A program made the position numbers and the translations under genes. A stretch of DNA of 64,000 nucleotides from an uncultured Methanobrevibacter sp. (GTDB taxonomy: Archaea > Methanobacteriota > Methanobacteria > Methanobacteriales > Methanobacteriaceae), in the NCBI GenBank assembly GCA_902794475.1, contig CADBHR010000002.1, positions 22,263 to 86,262 of the forward strand. The letters are read 5' to 3'. A model generated the notes under the pieces. It was given only the letters and a program-made list of their open reading frames with translations, had not been told where the DNA came from and ran no database searches. Below, piece after piece: positions 47,201 to 56,442 of this stretch (positions within the stretch are counted from its first letter, which is position 1; the number at the start of each line of letters is the position of its first letter).

Positions 47201-49636
47201 AAATTTATAATCGATACTGTCCAATTCCCCAATCAAATCTTTATCATTACTCATCAAATCAATGATGACTATAGAATCATTATCCAATTTATTTAAATGA
47301 CCCTCAAGTTTTGTTTTTATAGCTTTGGCATTACCTGTGATTTCCACTAAATCAATACTGCTCTTTTTGCCGAAATCTCTGACTGATTTTATGGTTTTGT
47401 CAATAGGGCACTCTGATTTTTTGTTAAAAACACATCTGAAATTGGAAATCCTTCCGTCCGAATATTTGTCATTGAAAATATGGAAAATCAATGACTTGTC
47501 ATAATTGGCATTGGAATTTATAACGCAAATGCCATCATCATCACTTTCAACGTAGTTTTTAATGCTATCAACATGCTTGGAAATGAATTCCTCTTTTTGG
47601 TAGTCCAATTTTTTCAATGGGAAATTGTATATTGTGTTTTTCTTTGTAATGGTGTCGAGCTTGTCCTGATATTTTTTATCAATTTCAATTTGTTTTTCTC
47701 TTTCGGCCTTTTCAGATTCATCCTCATCGTCGTTTACATCATCCATTTTATCCAGGTTGATTTCTTTAGCACTGATTATGAGCTTTAAGTTTTCCGGAAG
47801 TTCACCAAACCAGTTAAGCATTTCCATCCCATTTTCCATTTGGTTAATGGCATCAATGATGATTACTGCTTCTCCGTCTTTAGCAATCTCTTTTAAAATG
47901 TCATTGATGTTTCTTCTTAAATCAACAATATTTTGAGGATAGAATTTTTCATTTTTATCAATTTTAGCCTCATCAATGATGGATTTCCATAATGGATATG
48001 TCTTTGAACTTAAATCGGACCCGCCACAGAATCTTTTATATAATTTCATATTTCCACAGTATTTATTAAAGTTTGTGGCAAAATCTGCAAGAAGCATTGT
48101 TTTACCCAAACCGGCTTCAGCAGTAACCAGACATATTCTCCTATCCTGACTGTTGACATAATCCATCAGATAACCTGTGTATTCCTCACGAGGAACGAAT
48201 CCTTCACTGTTATTGTGACAGAAGTTTTCCTGCTGGTCAAGTTCATTAACCAGGATCCTATCGTCTTCTGACATATCTTCATCCCTGATTATTTCAATGA
48301 TGTCGGATTCTTCACCGTCATAGATTTCAGGGTTCTTATTGGCAATTTTTTGAATATGCTCCTTGAATTCCATTTCAAACTGCTTTTTAAACTCCGAAAG
48401 GATAACATCCTTAAGGGGAACATTTTCACATTCGAAATCTGTTAACTTACCCTGACCTTCTCCAAACTTATAATGTGAAAGTTCAGGAAGTGTTAAACTT
48501 TGGTTCCATTGTCCCCTATAATCATTAATGACAACATGAATTTTTTTATTATCCTCTAAACTTTTATTATCCTCATCAGCCTTGTCCCGTTTATCCTCGA
48601 TTTTTTTACGAATGTTTATCAATTCATTTTCATGGACTTCAAATACTTTTTCATTCTTAATATTAATCTCGCTGATAATTTCTTTAATTATTTCATCATC
48701 ATATAATTCACAGAACTCATCAATTCCAACATTATTATAGCTGTACTTTTCTAATGCATCCATCAATGCATCATATTCCCCTTCATCATTGTCCTTGATT
48801 TCGTGAGTAATCTGCTTATACAATCCTGGATTTTTGAATTTAAGTTCGGCAACTAAAGTTAGGTTATTGCCTTTGGTAGGATTTTCCACCAGGTCATTTA
48901 TCAGATTGTTGTAGTATTCACAATCATCATCTTGAATATCATAAATTAACTCTGATATGAATTCAGGATGTTCAATGGTGCCGTCATCGAATTTAGCTTT
49001 CAATTCATCCAATATTGACTTATATAACGCTGGGTCTTTACCTTTTTCATCATCATTTCCCTTCAATTTGCCCATTACCTTAGAGATATCAACTACCTTC
49101 AGATATTCATTAGTATAAATCAATCTTTGATGAGGTGAGAGAATTTCATTTTTCGCATCTGCATAATCCCCATTTCTGAAAAAGAATATGGAATGTCTGC
49201 ATTCTTTAGATTTCTTAATATTGCCCTTGCCGAGTGATATTTCCAATGGTTTCAGCAGCGCATGTTCAATTTCCATTTCAGTGGCAGATCTGTCTTTAAG
49301 ATGATTCATTCCATAATGTTCCTTTGTTTCTTTACTGATGTCTTTTTCAAAATTAGGAACCCAACCTCTACGCTGACCTAAGAAACATAAGAAAAATGGA
49401 CGGCTTTTATCAACATGACGAAGACAGGTTTCAATTGTCTTACTGTTGCTTGAATCCTCCTCTGTCACACCCCACCTTAAATCTATGTCTGTCAAACGAA
49501 TGTGACGCTTTTCACACCATTCAGTCAATTCAGGAAACACCTCTTTTACAAGATAATCCCTTTCTGCATGCATATCATTAAATGTACTGCTGATAAATAC
49601 AGTCGCATCTTCCCAATTATTATCCTGACTTACCAT
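44291..49636 (-). CDS. DUF4062 - NACHT/STAND NTPase - WD40 protein (TEP1/NWD-like architecture)
   Basis: VFISSTFNDMHAERDYL, DLRWGV, LGQRRGWVP; Walker A AEAGLGKT, Walker B IIIDA, NPLFL; C-terminal GH...WD-type repeats. Confidence 0.85.
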   Translation of the reverse strand: MVSQDNNWEDATVFISSTFNDMHAERDYLVKEVFPELTEWCEKRHIRLTDIDLRWGVTEEDSSNSKTIETCLRHVDKSRPFFLCFLGQRRGWVPNFEKDISKETKEHYGMNHLKDRSATEMEIEHALLKPLEISLGKGNIKKSKECRHSIFFFRNGDYADAKNEILSPHQRLIYTNEYLKVVDISKVMGKLKGNDDEKGKDPALYKSILDELKAKFDDGTIEHPEFISELIYDIQDDDCEYYNNLINDLVENPTKGNNLTLVAELKFKNPGLYKQITHEIKDNDEGEYDALMDALEKYSYNNVGIDEFCELYDDEIIKEIISEINIKNEKVFEVHENELINIRKKIEDKRDKADEDNKSLEDNKKIHVVINDYRGQWNQSLTLPELSHYKFGEGQGKLTDFECENVPLKDVILSEFKKQFEMEFKEHIQKIANKNPEIYDGEESDIIEIIRDEDMSEDDRILVNELDQQENFCHNNSEGFVPREEYTGYLMDYVNSQDRRICLVTAEAGLGKTMLLADFATNFNKYCGNMKLYKRFCGGSDLSSKTYPLWKSIIDEAKIDKNEKFYPQNIVDLRRNINDILKEIAKDGEAVIIIDAINQMENGMEMLNWFGELPENLKLIISAKEINLDKMDDVNDDEDESEKAEREKQIEIDKKYQDKLDTITKKNTIYNFPLKKLDYQKEEFISKHVDSIKNYVESDDDGICVINSNANYDKSLIFHIFNDKYSDGRISNFRCVFNKKSECPIDKTIKSVRDFGKKSSIDLVEITGNAKAIKTKLEGHLNKLDNDSIVIIDLMSNDKDLIGELDSIDYKFKTVIGVKSQNDEIKFKNQSESSFTINELDSEKKKIITSYLSNYLKELDEKEIHDICNFKGSKNPLFLKILLAELRVFGSFDQLKDEIKSFGDSPESAFDHVLERLEQDEVERGEKTKVAKPLFSLLASSRVGGLSEDEIVTIIKDEYGLDENEVRANVNLNLRQVRPFMARKEMRHDFFYEKFREAAEKRYKSDYENDIRLLTDYFKDTSDKDEARRYVELPYYLHESNRIEELEDTLSSYSFIKNKLEKTGDVYGLISDYEDYVDFEKVEDGPLELIQRGLELSSPVLMNNPEELPVQLWGRMNEIREEDDEEDKHKYDRIRTLLHDLVEDTTGKWLKPTTSVLYSPKSSIIKRLLPDGNKSSSQIVFTENNKIVFGSSDGILSLYDINDNSFEVLESNDSKIVKIILKDDGSLYVARFNGEIKKWDLTTRNTEDFTDKNTNVEDYGEIRDIYVSDTYGKIYAVSHKGVFSIDIETKELKPEVTEPKNYNQILVPRRNEAILVCDEREVDGWDVYEKAKAYNRHHQQNEEEDDGRQLDSSEEIRFMGLNKRFLTLISENGQMKFWNTLKNSGGGESIDEERVCSPNDKFKQALTLEDENKIITISEMGVLKVYNIPQPKQPKFNVEKNEKTGMELDIQTGIKSPTSLDYLNEDDKRWIIVGNENNDVSIVDLDKKVAENTNVRHAESVLSIKIKENRMITASDNGEVFTWDIDSEECVNKFENDFRCNSISFNQDESKLVLAGVKIDNDKKINKIATCDVTDDMWKAVEKPESENDNQNEEFETLNVYDEKSGMGEVVEITQNLSGIVFIEENKLSIDGEVFKLDGTATSVDALLSSADAYVGFKDGNIVRYPSAVAFERKVDCPVTKIKIFGEKLIAGYKDGSVEVFDLDGVHLASLKGHDKEINNIYVDGSRIITVSKDNTLKIWENDECVYTYFLDIYATAVNIKEDKLIVGDTLGNVRFFTFEN

Positions 49637-49880
49637 AAAAATCCCAACTTAATAATAATATATAATATCTATAAAACTCATTCCTTATATAACTTTACAA
49701 AAAAATCAGAATTTTAAAGAAAAGTAAAAACTGAAAAGAATTTAATTAATAAAGGAAATTATTTAATCCACAATTAAGTTAAATATAATCAGATTGTTTA
49801 ATTTAAAAAAAATAGGAAATTACGTAACTTTCTGCCGAAGTCTTGTTTGAAAAAAAATAGAAGGAGTAGATGAAAAACAT

Positions 49881-52800
49881 CTACTTAACAACAATTTTTA
49901 CTTTTTTAGTTGCTTTGCTATACCATTTATTGCCTTTATAAGTTATTGTCGCCTTATAAGTTCTTTTCTTGGTCAATTTCTTAAGCTTAAATACTGCTCG
50001 ACCCTTCTTATTGGTTTTAGCCTTGTAAGTTTTGCCTTTAATCTTAAGAGTTACCTTGGCACTTTTGATAGGCTTTTTACCTACTTTTAAATATATGGCG
50101 TATTTTTTAACCTTTTTCTTTGCTTTGAATTTTTTCTTTTTGGCAACAATTTTTGATTTTGCCTTTTTAACAGCAATATTGATATTGAAAGATGTAGTTT
50201 TATTATCATTTAAAACGGTTACTTTAGCATTATATGTTTTTGGAACCAAAGATTCTGTAAATATTTTAACTTGACCTTTTGCGTTGGTCTTATAATTCTT
50301 TGATTTTCCGTTCAATTCAATAATTACATCTTCATTTGCCAATGGTTTACCTGAATCGTCCTTTAAAGTCACAATCACATATTCACCATTATTAGCAGAA
50401 GCAGGTGCATCTGTGGTTTCAGCAGGTTTCTGATTTCCGGAAGTGCCATTGTCAACAGGAGTTACACTGCTCTGATTTCCATAAGTGCTATTGTCAACAG
50501 GAGTTACACTGCTCTGATTTCCATAAGTGCCATTGTCAATAGAAATATTGCCTTCGGAAGGATGAGGGATAATCTGACCGCCAGAAGCCGGATTTACTGT
50601 AATATTTAATGTGGCTGAACTTGAATCATAAAATATGTCGCCTTCAAAACAGACTTCAACAGTATAGTTTCCATGAACCAGATTAACAACTAATCTTGCC
50701 TGACCGTTATCATCAGTGCCCTGAGATATTGATCTGGAATTTATTTTAACCAGGATTTCCTTACTTCTAAGAGGCTTACCGTTTTTATCCTTCAGAGTTG
50801 CAACCAGATATTCCCCATCACCATAAGTGCAGGTCACATCAGGAGCAATAATTTTTGTTGGAAGTTTGTTCACGGTTATGTTTACATGAGCGCTTGAGGA
50901 TACGTAGTGGTTAGTGAAATCACAGGAAACAACCGCATCAAAACTGCCAACCGGCAATTTGAAAACAGACAAATCAAAGTTTACCTGACCTTCTGCATTG
51001 GTCTTCAATGTGTTCTTCTTGGCATTAACAACAAGATGAACATCAGCATTTTTAATTGGATTTCCACGTATATCTTTCAGATAAGCGGTTAAAATTCCAT
51101 ATTCATCATAAAATACGGTAAGATTATCTGCAGAGATGTTGGAATTCAATCTATCTAATACTTCCAGTGAGAAACCCACAGTTGAAGGATTATGAGTGCT
51201 ATTTTCATTGAAAGTGATTTTTCCTGTGAAGTTTCCTATAGTCAAACCATTAAAAGTAAACTCATATTCACCGTCTCCAATTGGTGTAAGCATCTTATTT
51301 TTGAAATATGCCAAATTCAAGTATACCTGAGCGTCAGATAATGGATTTCCCCATTGGTCAGTCAATTTGGCAACGACTTTGCCTTCATTAGGAAATGCAA
51401 CTACATCAGCAGCCTTGAGTATGGTATCAACCTTATTTATAACGACTGAAACAGACTTCCCTGAAGATTCATAGCACCTGCTTCCTGTAAATTCAATATA
51501 AAGCATATGGCTGCCTGCCGGAAGATCATTTAAGGAAAATATAACCTGACCTGACTTGTCAGTAGTCAAATTAGCTATAACAGCACCGTTCTCCTTAAGG
51601 AAAACCACCGCTCCTCCTATTGCAGCATTTCCACCGTAAGTCAAATTGACAATCAACCTTATGTCATCAATTGCATATGCAACAATATTGTCTGCACTGA
51701 TTGAGCTGGCCAACCTGTTGATGACAACTGAAACAGGCTTGGATGAACCCTTATAAAGCAGGTTTTCCAAATATTCCACATAAAGATTGTGTCTTCCTGC
51801 GGAAAGTCCGTTCAATGAAAATCTGACCTGACCTGCACTGTCAGTAGTCAAATTAGCTATAACAACACCATTCTCCTTAAGATAAACAACACAACCTGCC
51901 ATTGGATTGTTCTCATCATCAGTCAAGTTGACAATCAGATTGATATCTTCAACGGCATATGCAGTGATATCATCTGCTTTAATGACGGAACTATACTTAT
52001 TGATAACGGCTAAAACCTGCATGGATGAACCTTTATAATATCTGCTTTCCATAAATTCAACATAAAGATTATGTCTTCCTGCAGAAAGGTTATTCAATAA
52101 AAAGCTGACCTGACCATTATCATCAGTAGTCAAATTATCCAGAACAACACCATTCTCGATAAGATAAACAACATAACCATCCATCGGCTTGTTCTCACCA
52201 TCAGTCAAGTTGACTAGCAATTTGATGTCCTGATAAGTGTATCCTTCAACATTTTCCGCCTTAATGACAGAGGAATATTTATCTATAGTAACTGTAACCG
52301 GTGTGCCTGATTCTTCATAAATTCTGTTTCCTAAAAATTCAACTGAGAGAATGTGGCTGCCTGAGGATATGTCGCTTAAAGAGAAGCTGACCTGACCTGT
52401 GGAATTGGTAGTCAAATTATCCAAGATATTGCCGTTCTCCTTAAGATAGACAACATATCCAGCCATTGGAGCGTTTTCACCATCAGTCAAGTTGACAAGC
52501 AAGCTCAAATCATCGCTTACAAAAGCATCAACATTATCTGCCTTTATGACAGTGACAAACCTGTTGATGACGACATTAACCTGCGCGCTTGAAGAGAAAT
52601 AGTTATCATCTTCTAAAAATTCAAGAGAAAGACTGTGACTGCCTGCAGAAAGATTATTTAATGAGAAAGTGACCTGACCTTCTCCGTCAGTAGTCAAATT
52701 ATCCAAAACATTGCCGTTTTCCTTAAGGTAAACTGAATAGCCAACCATTGGATCATTCTTATAATCAGTCAGATTAACAAGCAGGCGTATGTCCTCACTT

Positions 52801-54464
52801 GCAAATGCGGAAATATCGTCTGCCCTGATTATGGTGTCGAATTTCTTAACATTGACGGTTACCTGCAAACTGGAAGCCTCATGCCGGGCATCCTCCAAGA
52901 ACTCAAGATAAAGATTATGGTTTCCGAAAGTGAGATTTTTAAGTGAAAAACTGACCTGACCATTGTTATCAGTAGTCAAAATGTCCAGGACATTGTCGTT
53001 TTCCTTTAATGATACGTTTAATCCAACAAGAGGATTGTTTTTACTTCCGGTGAGATTAACGACCAGATGCTTGTCCTCGCCGATGTACATTTCGGTATTG
53101 GTTTCGGCAGTGACGTTTGTATTTTCCCCATAGACATGAATATAATATGGTTTGCCGGAACCTCCCCCTGTCGGCTCTGCCCTGAGAGTATAATCACCCT
53201 TATCCAAATCTGCAATGAATGATGAACCGGATAGAACAGTATATGTAGCTATAACATTATAGGAATAACCTTCACATAACTCAAGAGTGGTATTGATGCC
53301 GTTGAATAAGTAAATTTCACCTTTATACTTGAAATAGTCATTTTGGCCGGTACCCCACTTAAACGCATAATAAATAGGAATCTCCACCTGATCAGGACAA
53401 GTGAATGAACTTGATAAACCCGGATTGTAAAGGGTTGGAGTTCCTATAGTGCCGGATTCATATGGAAGACCGTTGTCTGCAGTATTATTTTTGAAGCTAC
53501 AAAAAATCAAATGTGCACGATATGAAACGGCATAATTGTAAGCAGTATTATTTTCAAATGTGGAATTTATAACATAATAATAGGAAAGAGAACTATAAAG
53601 AGCTCCTCCAGAGCCGGAAGCATGATTGTTTATGAATGTGCAGTTAAAAATTTCGTCATTTGAATAATATTGGTAAACAGCACCCCCATAGCTTGCAGAA
53701 TTTCCATCGAAAGTACAGTTTATAAAACCACTCGTACGACCAGCGCCTCCCTGTCCTGCCTCATTATCCTTGAAAATACAATTGACAGCGTTACAATCGC
53801 ATACTGCACCTCCATCTGCGGCAGAACAATTAGTGAATTTTGAATTTTTAACTGATGATGAAGAGTATATTGCACCACCCATATCACCAAAACAATAATC
53901 AAAAGTACAGTTATCCACAAGACTAGCATATGAAATAGCGCCACCCCATTTACCCCAACAATTGTAAAATGTACAGTTAATTACAGTTAAATTATTTAAT
54001 GTAGAAGAGGATAAAATCGCTCCACCGTCCTTGTTTTTATAAGAAGACCCCAAATTCACAAAATTGATGTTTTTTATTACAACATTTTTCGAAGTTACAT
54101 AAAATCCGGAAGCGGGATTCTTTGTATTTGTAGAACCTTTAATGGTATGTCCCTTACCATCGATTACAACATTATCCCGATTAACAGTTAAAGAATTATC
54201 GTCATAACTAGTTCTAAATTCATAATCATCTTCTAATTGAATTTCTGAACCTGTGCTACCGTTTATCAAATCATTCAAAGTAGAAAAAGAATATGAAGCG
54301 GATAAAACATCCTGATTTGAATCAACTTGCTCTAATTCAACATTTTCATCATCAACTGTCTGCACATCAGTTGCATTGACATCTGCAGCACTGATGGCTG
54401 AAACAGAGGATATTAAAACGATTGAAAATAGAAGCAACAATAATAATTTTCTTTTATTAAACAT
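49881..54464 (-). CDS. Adhesin-like surface protein (signal peptide, GGA beta-helix, tandem Ig-like repeats, Lys-rich C-terminus)
   Basis: LLLLLFSIVLISSVSAISA; repeats of LVNLTD...LTTD..GQV.F.L..L.AG.H; KTNKKGRAVFKLKKL. Confidence 0.88.
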   Translation of the reverse strand: MFNKRKLLLLLLFSIVLISSVSAISAADVNATDVQTVDDENVELEQVDSNQDVLSASYSFSTLNDLINGSTGSEIQLEDDYEFRTSYDDNSLTVNRDNVVIDGKGHTIKGSTNTKNPASGFYVTSKNVVIKNINFVNLGSSYKNKDGGAILSSSTLNNLTVINCTFYNCWGKWGGAISYASLVDNCTFDYCFGDMGGAIYSSSSVKNSKFTNCSAADGGAVCDCNAVNCIFKDNEAGQGGAGRTSGFINCTFDGNSASYGGAVYQYYSNDEIFNCTFINNHASGSGGALYSSLSYYYVINSTFENNTAYNYAVSYRAHLIFCSFKNNTADNGLPYESGTIGTPTLYNPGLSSSFTCPDQVEIPIYYAFKWGTGQNDYFKYKGEIYLFNGINTTLELCEGYSYNVIATYTVLSGSSFIADLDKGDYTLRAEPTGGGSGKPYYIHVYGENTNVTAETNTEMYIGEDKHLVVNLTGSKNNPLVGLNVSLKENDNVLDILTTDNNGQVSFSLKNLTFGNHNLYLEFLEDARHEASSLQVTVNVKKFDTIIRADDISAFASEDIRLLVNLTDYKNDPMVGYSVYLKENGNVLDNLTTDGEGQVTFSLNNLSAGSHSLSLEFLEDDNYFSSSAQVNVVINRFVTVIKADNVDAFVSDDLSLLVNLTDGENAPMAGYVVYLKENGNILDNLTTNSTGQVSFSLSDISSGSHILSVEFLGNRIYEESGTPVTVTIDKYSSVIKAENVEGYTYQDIKLLVNLTDGENKPMDGYVVYLIENGVVLDNLTTDDNGQVSFLLNNLSAGRHNLYVEFMESRYYKGSSMQVLAVINKYSSVIKADDITAYAVEDINLIVNLTDDENNPMAGCVVYLKENGVVIANLTTDSAGQVRFSLNGLSAGRHNLYVEYLENLLYKGSSKPVSVVINRLASSISADNIVAYAIDDIRLIVNLTYGGNAAIGGAVVFLKENGAVIANLTTDKSGQVIFSLNDLPAGSHMLYIEFTGSRCYESSGKSVSVVINKVDTILKAADVVAFPNEGKVVAKLTDQWGNPLSDAQVYLNLAYFKNKMLTPIGDGEYEFTFNGLTIGNFTGKITFNENSTHNPSTVGFSLEVLDRLNSNISADNLTVFYDEYGILTAYLKDIRGNPIKNADVHLVVNAKKNTLKTNAEGQVNFDLSVFKLPVGSFDAVVSCDFTNHYVSSSAHVNITVNKLPTKIIAPDVTCTYGDGEYLVATLKDKNGKPLRSKEILVKINSRSISQGTDDNGQARLVVNLVHGNYTVEVCFEGDIFYDSSSATLNITVNPASGGQIIPHPSEGNISIDNGTYGNQSSVTPVDNSTYGNQSSVTPVDNGTSGNQKPAETTDAPASANNGEYVIVTLKDDSGKPLANEDVIIELNGKSKNYKTNAKGQVKIFTESLVPKTYNAKVTVLNDNKTTSFNINIAVKKAKSKIVAKKKKFKAKKKVKKYAIYLKVGKKPIKSAKVTLKIKGKTYKAKTNKKGRAVFKLKKLTKKRTYKATITYKGNKWYSKATKKVKIVVK
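50431..50538. repeat. 42-bp coding tandem repeat (~2.6 copies; DNxTYGNQSSVTPV)
   Basis: TGATTTCC..AAGTGC.ATTGTCAACAGGAGTTACACTGCTC repeated. Confidence 0.7.
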
Positions 54465-54619
54465 TTTTTACCCCATATTGCTATTTATATGAATTATAAT
54501 CTATTCTTCATATTATAAAACATTTATGAGAATTCAAGGATTATTTTAAAAAAAAATGTATTAAAAAATAGAATTAATAAATAAAACAAAAAAAATAGGA
54601 TAAAGTAGATGATTAACAT

Positions 54620-56299
54620 CTACCAAACTTTAATCTTTGCATTTTTGACAACCTTCTTATAGCATTTGTCACCTTTGTAAGTGATGGTTGCCTTATAGGT
54701 TCCCTTTTTGGTCAATTTCTTAAGCTTGAATATTGCCTGACCTTTTTTGTTGGTTTTGACAACGTAAGTCTTGCCTTTTACCTTAAGATAAACTTTAACC
54801 TTTTTCATGGCGGCATTCTTATTGTTTTTCAAGGTAACCTTATACTTCTTAACAGCAGTTTTTACGTTAAATTTCTTTTTGGAAGCAAACAAATAAGGTT
54901 TTGCCTTTTTGACAACAAGATTAATATCAAATGAAATAGGCTTGTATGTTTTATCACCCAAATAGTCTATTTTAGCATGATATGTATTAGGAACCAGTGA
55001 ACTGATAGGCAATTTGACTTGTCCATTGCCATTGGTAATATAATTTTTGGTTTTGCCGTTGAAATTAACGACGACAGGCCTATTGGCCATTACGTACCCA
55101 TAATCGTCCTTCAAGGTAACAGTCACATATTTGCCTTCATTGTAGACAGTGGTGAAATTATATACAATGACAGGAGTCACAGGAGCTATTTCATTTACAG
55201 TAATATTTACTGTCAAAGAGTTCGGCTGATGAGTTTCATTGCCAGAATAGGTGAGTGTAGCCTTGTAAGAACCTGGAACCAACATCATCAGGAACTTGAC
55301 CTGACCGTTTTCATCGGTTTTTTCAAATATAGGATTTTCCTTTGTTGTAAATGCCACACTTTCATTTACCAAAGGATTTCCGTATTTGTCCTTTAGGGTT
55401 ACATTCAGATATGCCTCATCGCCATATGTATAGTTCATATCGGATGCATTGATTTCAGTAGGAATTCGCATGACAATTACATTTACAGGAATGGTGGAAC
55501 CTTTATAACGGTTAGTCTCTTCAAAGTAGATATTACCTGTATAAGTGCCCACAAACAAACTGGTCATGTTGAAGCCCACTTCACCGCTGGCATTGGTTTT
55601 AAGTGAATCGTAAACCTTGCCAAGAACAAGATCCAATGTGGCATTTTCGATAGGAGTTCCTTCAGAGTCCTTTAGACATGCGATTAAAATTCCAGATTCA
55701 TTATAAATGAACGTGAGATTATCACATGAAATGGTGGAATTCAGTGTGCGTATCTTAATGATAATATTCAAGCTTGATGCAGTATAATTTTCATTGCCCA
55801 GGAATTTAATTACACCAGTATAGTTTCCCACTTCCAGGTTTGCACCGGTACCGTTAATGTCAAAATATCCCTCACCTGTAGTGTTGGTGACGAAATTCCT
55901 GTGAATAAACTTAACATCAAGAGTTACATTGCAGCCTTCCAAAGGATTTCCGTCTAAGTCAGTCAATTTGAAATATATCTTGCCCTCCCTAGGAAATGTG
56001 GTGATGTTGTCCGCAATGATTGTGGTATTTTTTTTGCCTTCACCATCACTCAAAGAATCAATTCCATCTTCCTGAGTCAGGACGTCCTGTGAATCACTTT
56101 GAACCGGCTCTGCTTCATTATCAACAACATTTTCTATATTAGAGTCAGTTTGCTCCAATTCGATTTCATCACTGTCAGCCGTCTGCACATCAGTTGCATT
56201 TGAATCCGCAGCGCTGATTGCCGAAATTGAAGAAAGCAAAACTATTGAAAATAAAAGTAAAATTAATAATCTTCGTTTATTAATCATGATTTCCTCCAA
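54620..56299 (-). CDS. Adhesin-like surface protein (Ig-like repeats only)
   Basis: Signal peptide, Ig-like repeats, Lys-rich C-terminal domain paralogous to its neighbours. Confidence 0.85.
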   Translation of the reverse strand: MEEIMINKRRLLILLLFSIVLLSSISAISAADSNATDVQTADSDEIELEQTDSNIENVVDNEAEPVQSDSQDVLTQEDGIDSLSDGEGKKNTTIIADNITTFPREGKIYFKLTDLDGNPLEGCNVTLDVKFIHRNFVTNTTGEGYFDINGTGANLEVGNYTGVIKFLGNENYTASSLNIIIKIRTLNSTISCDNLTFIYNESGILIACLKDSEGTPIENATLDLVLGKVYDSLKTNASGEVGFNMTSLFVGTYTGNIYFEETNRYKGSTIPVNVIVMRIPTEINASDMNYTYGDEAYLNVTLKDKYGNPLVNESVAFTTKENPIFEKTDENGQVKFLMMLVPGSYKATLTYSGNETHQPNSLTVNITVNEIAPVTPVIVYNFTTVYNEGKYVTVTLKDDYGYVMANRPVVVNFNGKTKNYITNGNGQVKLPISSLVPNTYHAKIDYLGDKTYKPISFDINLVVKKAKPYLFASKKKFNVKTAVKKYKVTLKNNKNAAMKKVKVYLKVKGKTYVVKTNKKGQAIFKLKKLTKKGTYKATITYKGDKCYKKVVKNAKIKVW

Positions 56300-56442
56300 A
56301 ATTATAAATTAGTGTGTTAAATTATTTTTTTCATAGTATATAAAATATCCCTAATTTCGTTTAATTTCAAAAAATAGTTTAGAAAAATCAAATTAAGGAA
56401 TTTAAAGATTAAAAAAATAGGAAAATGTAGATGAAAACTCAT

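Noticed and set aside
1-49636. Intact provirus or conjugative element
   Set aside because: No integrase, terminase, capsid, relaxase or att-like repeats seen in the window.
50431-53100. CRISPR-like periodic repeats
   Set aside because: The repeats are in-frame coding repeats of the adhesin with no unique spacers; no cas genes.
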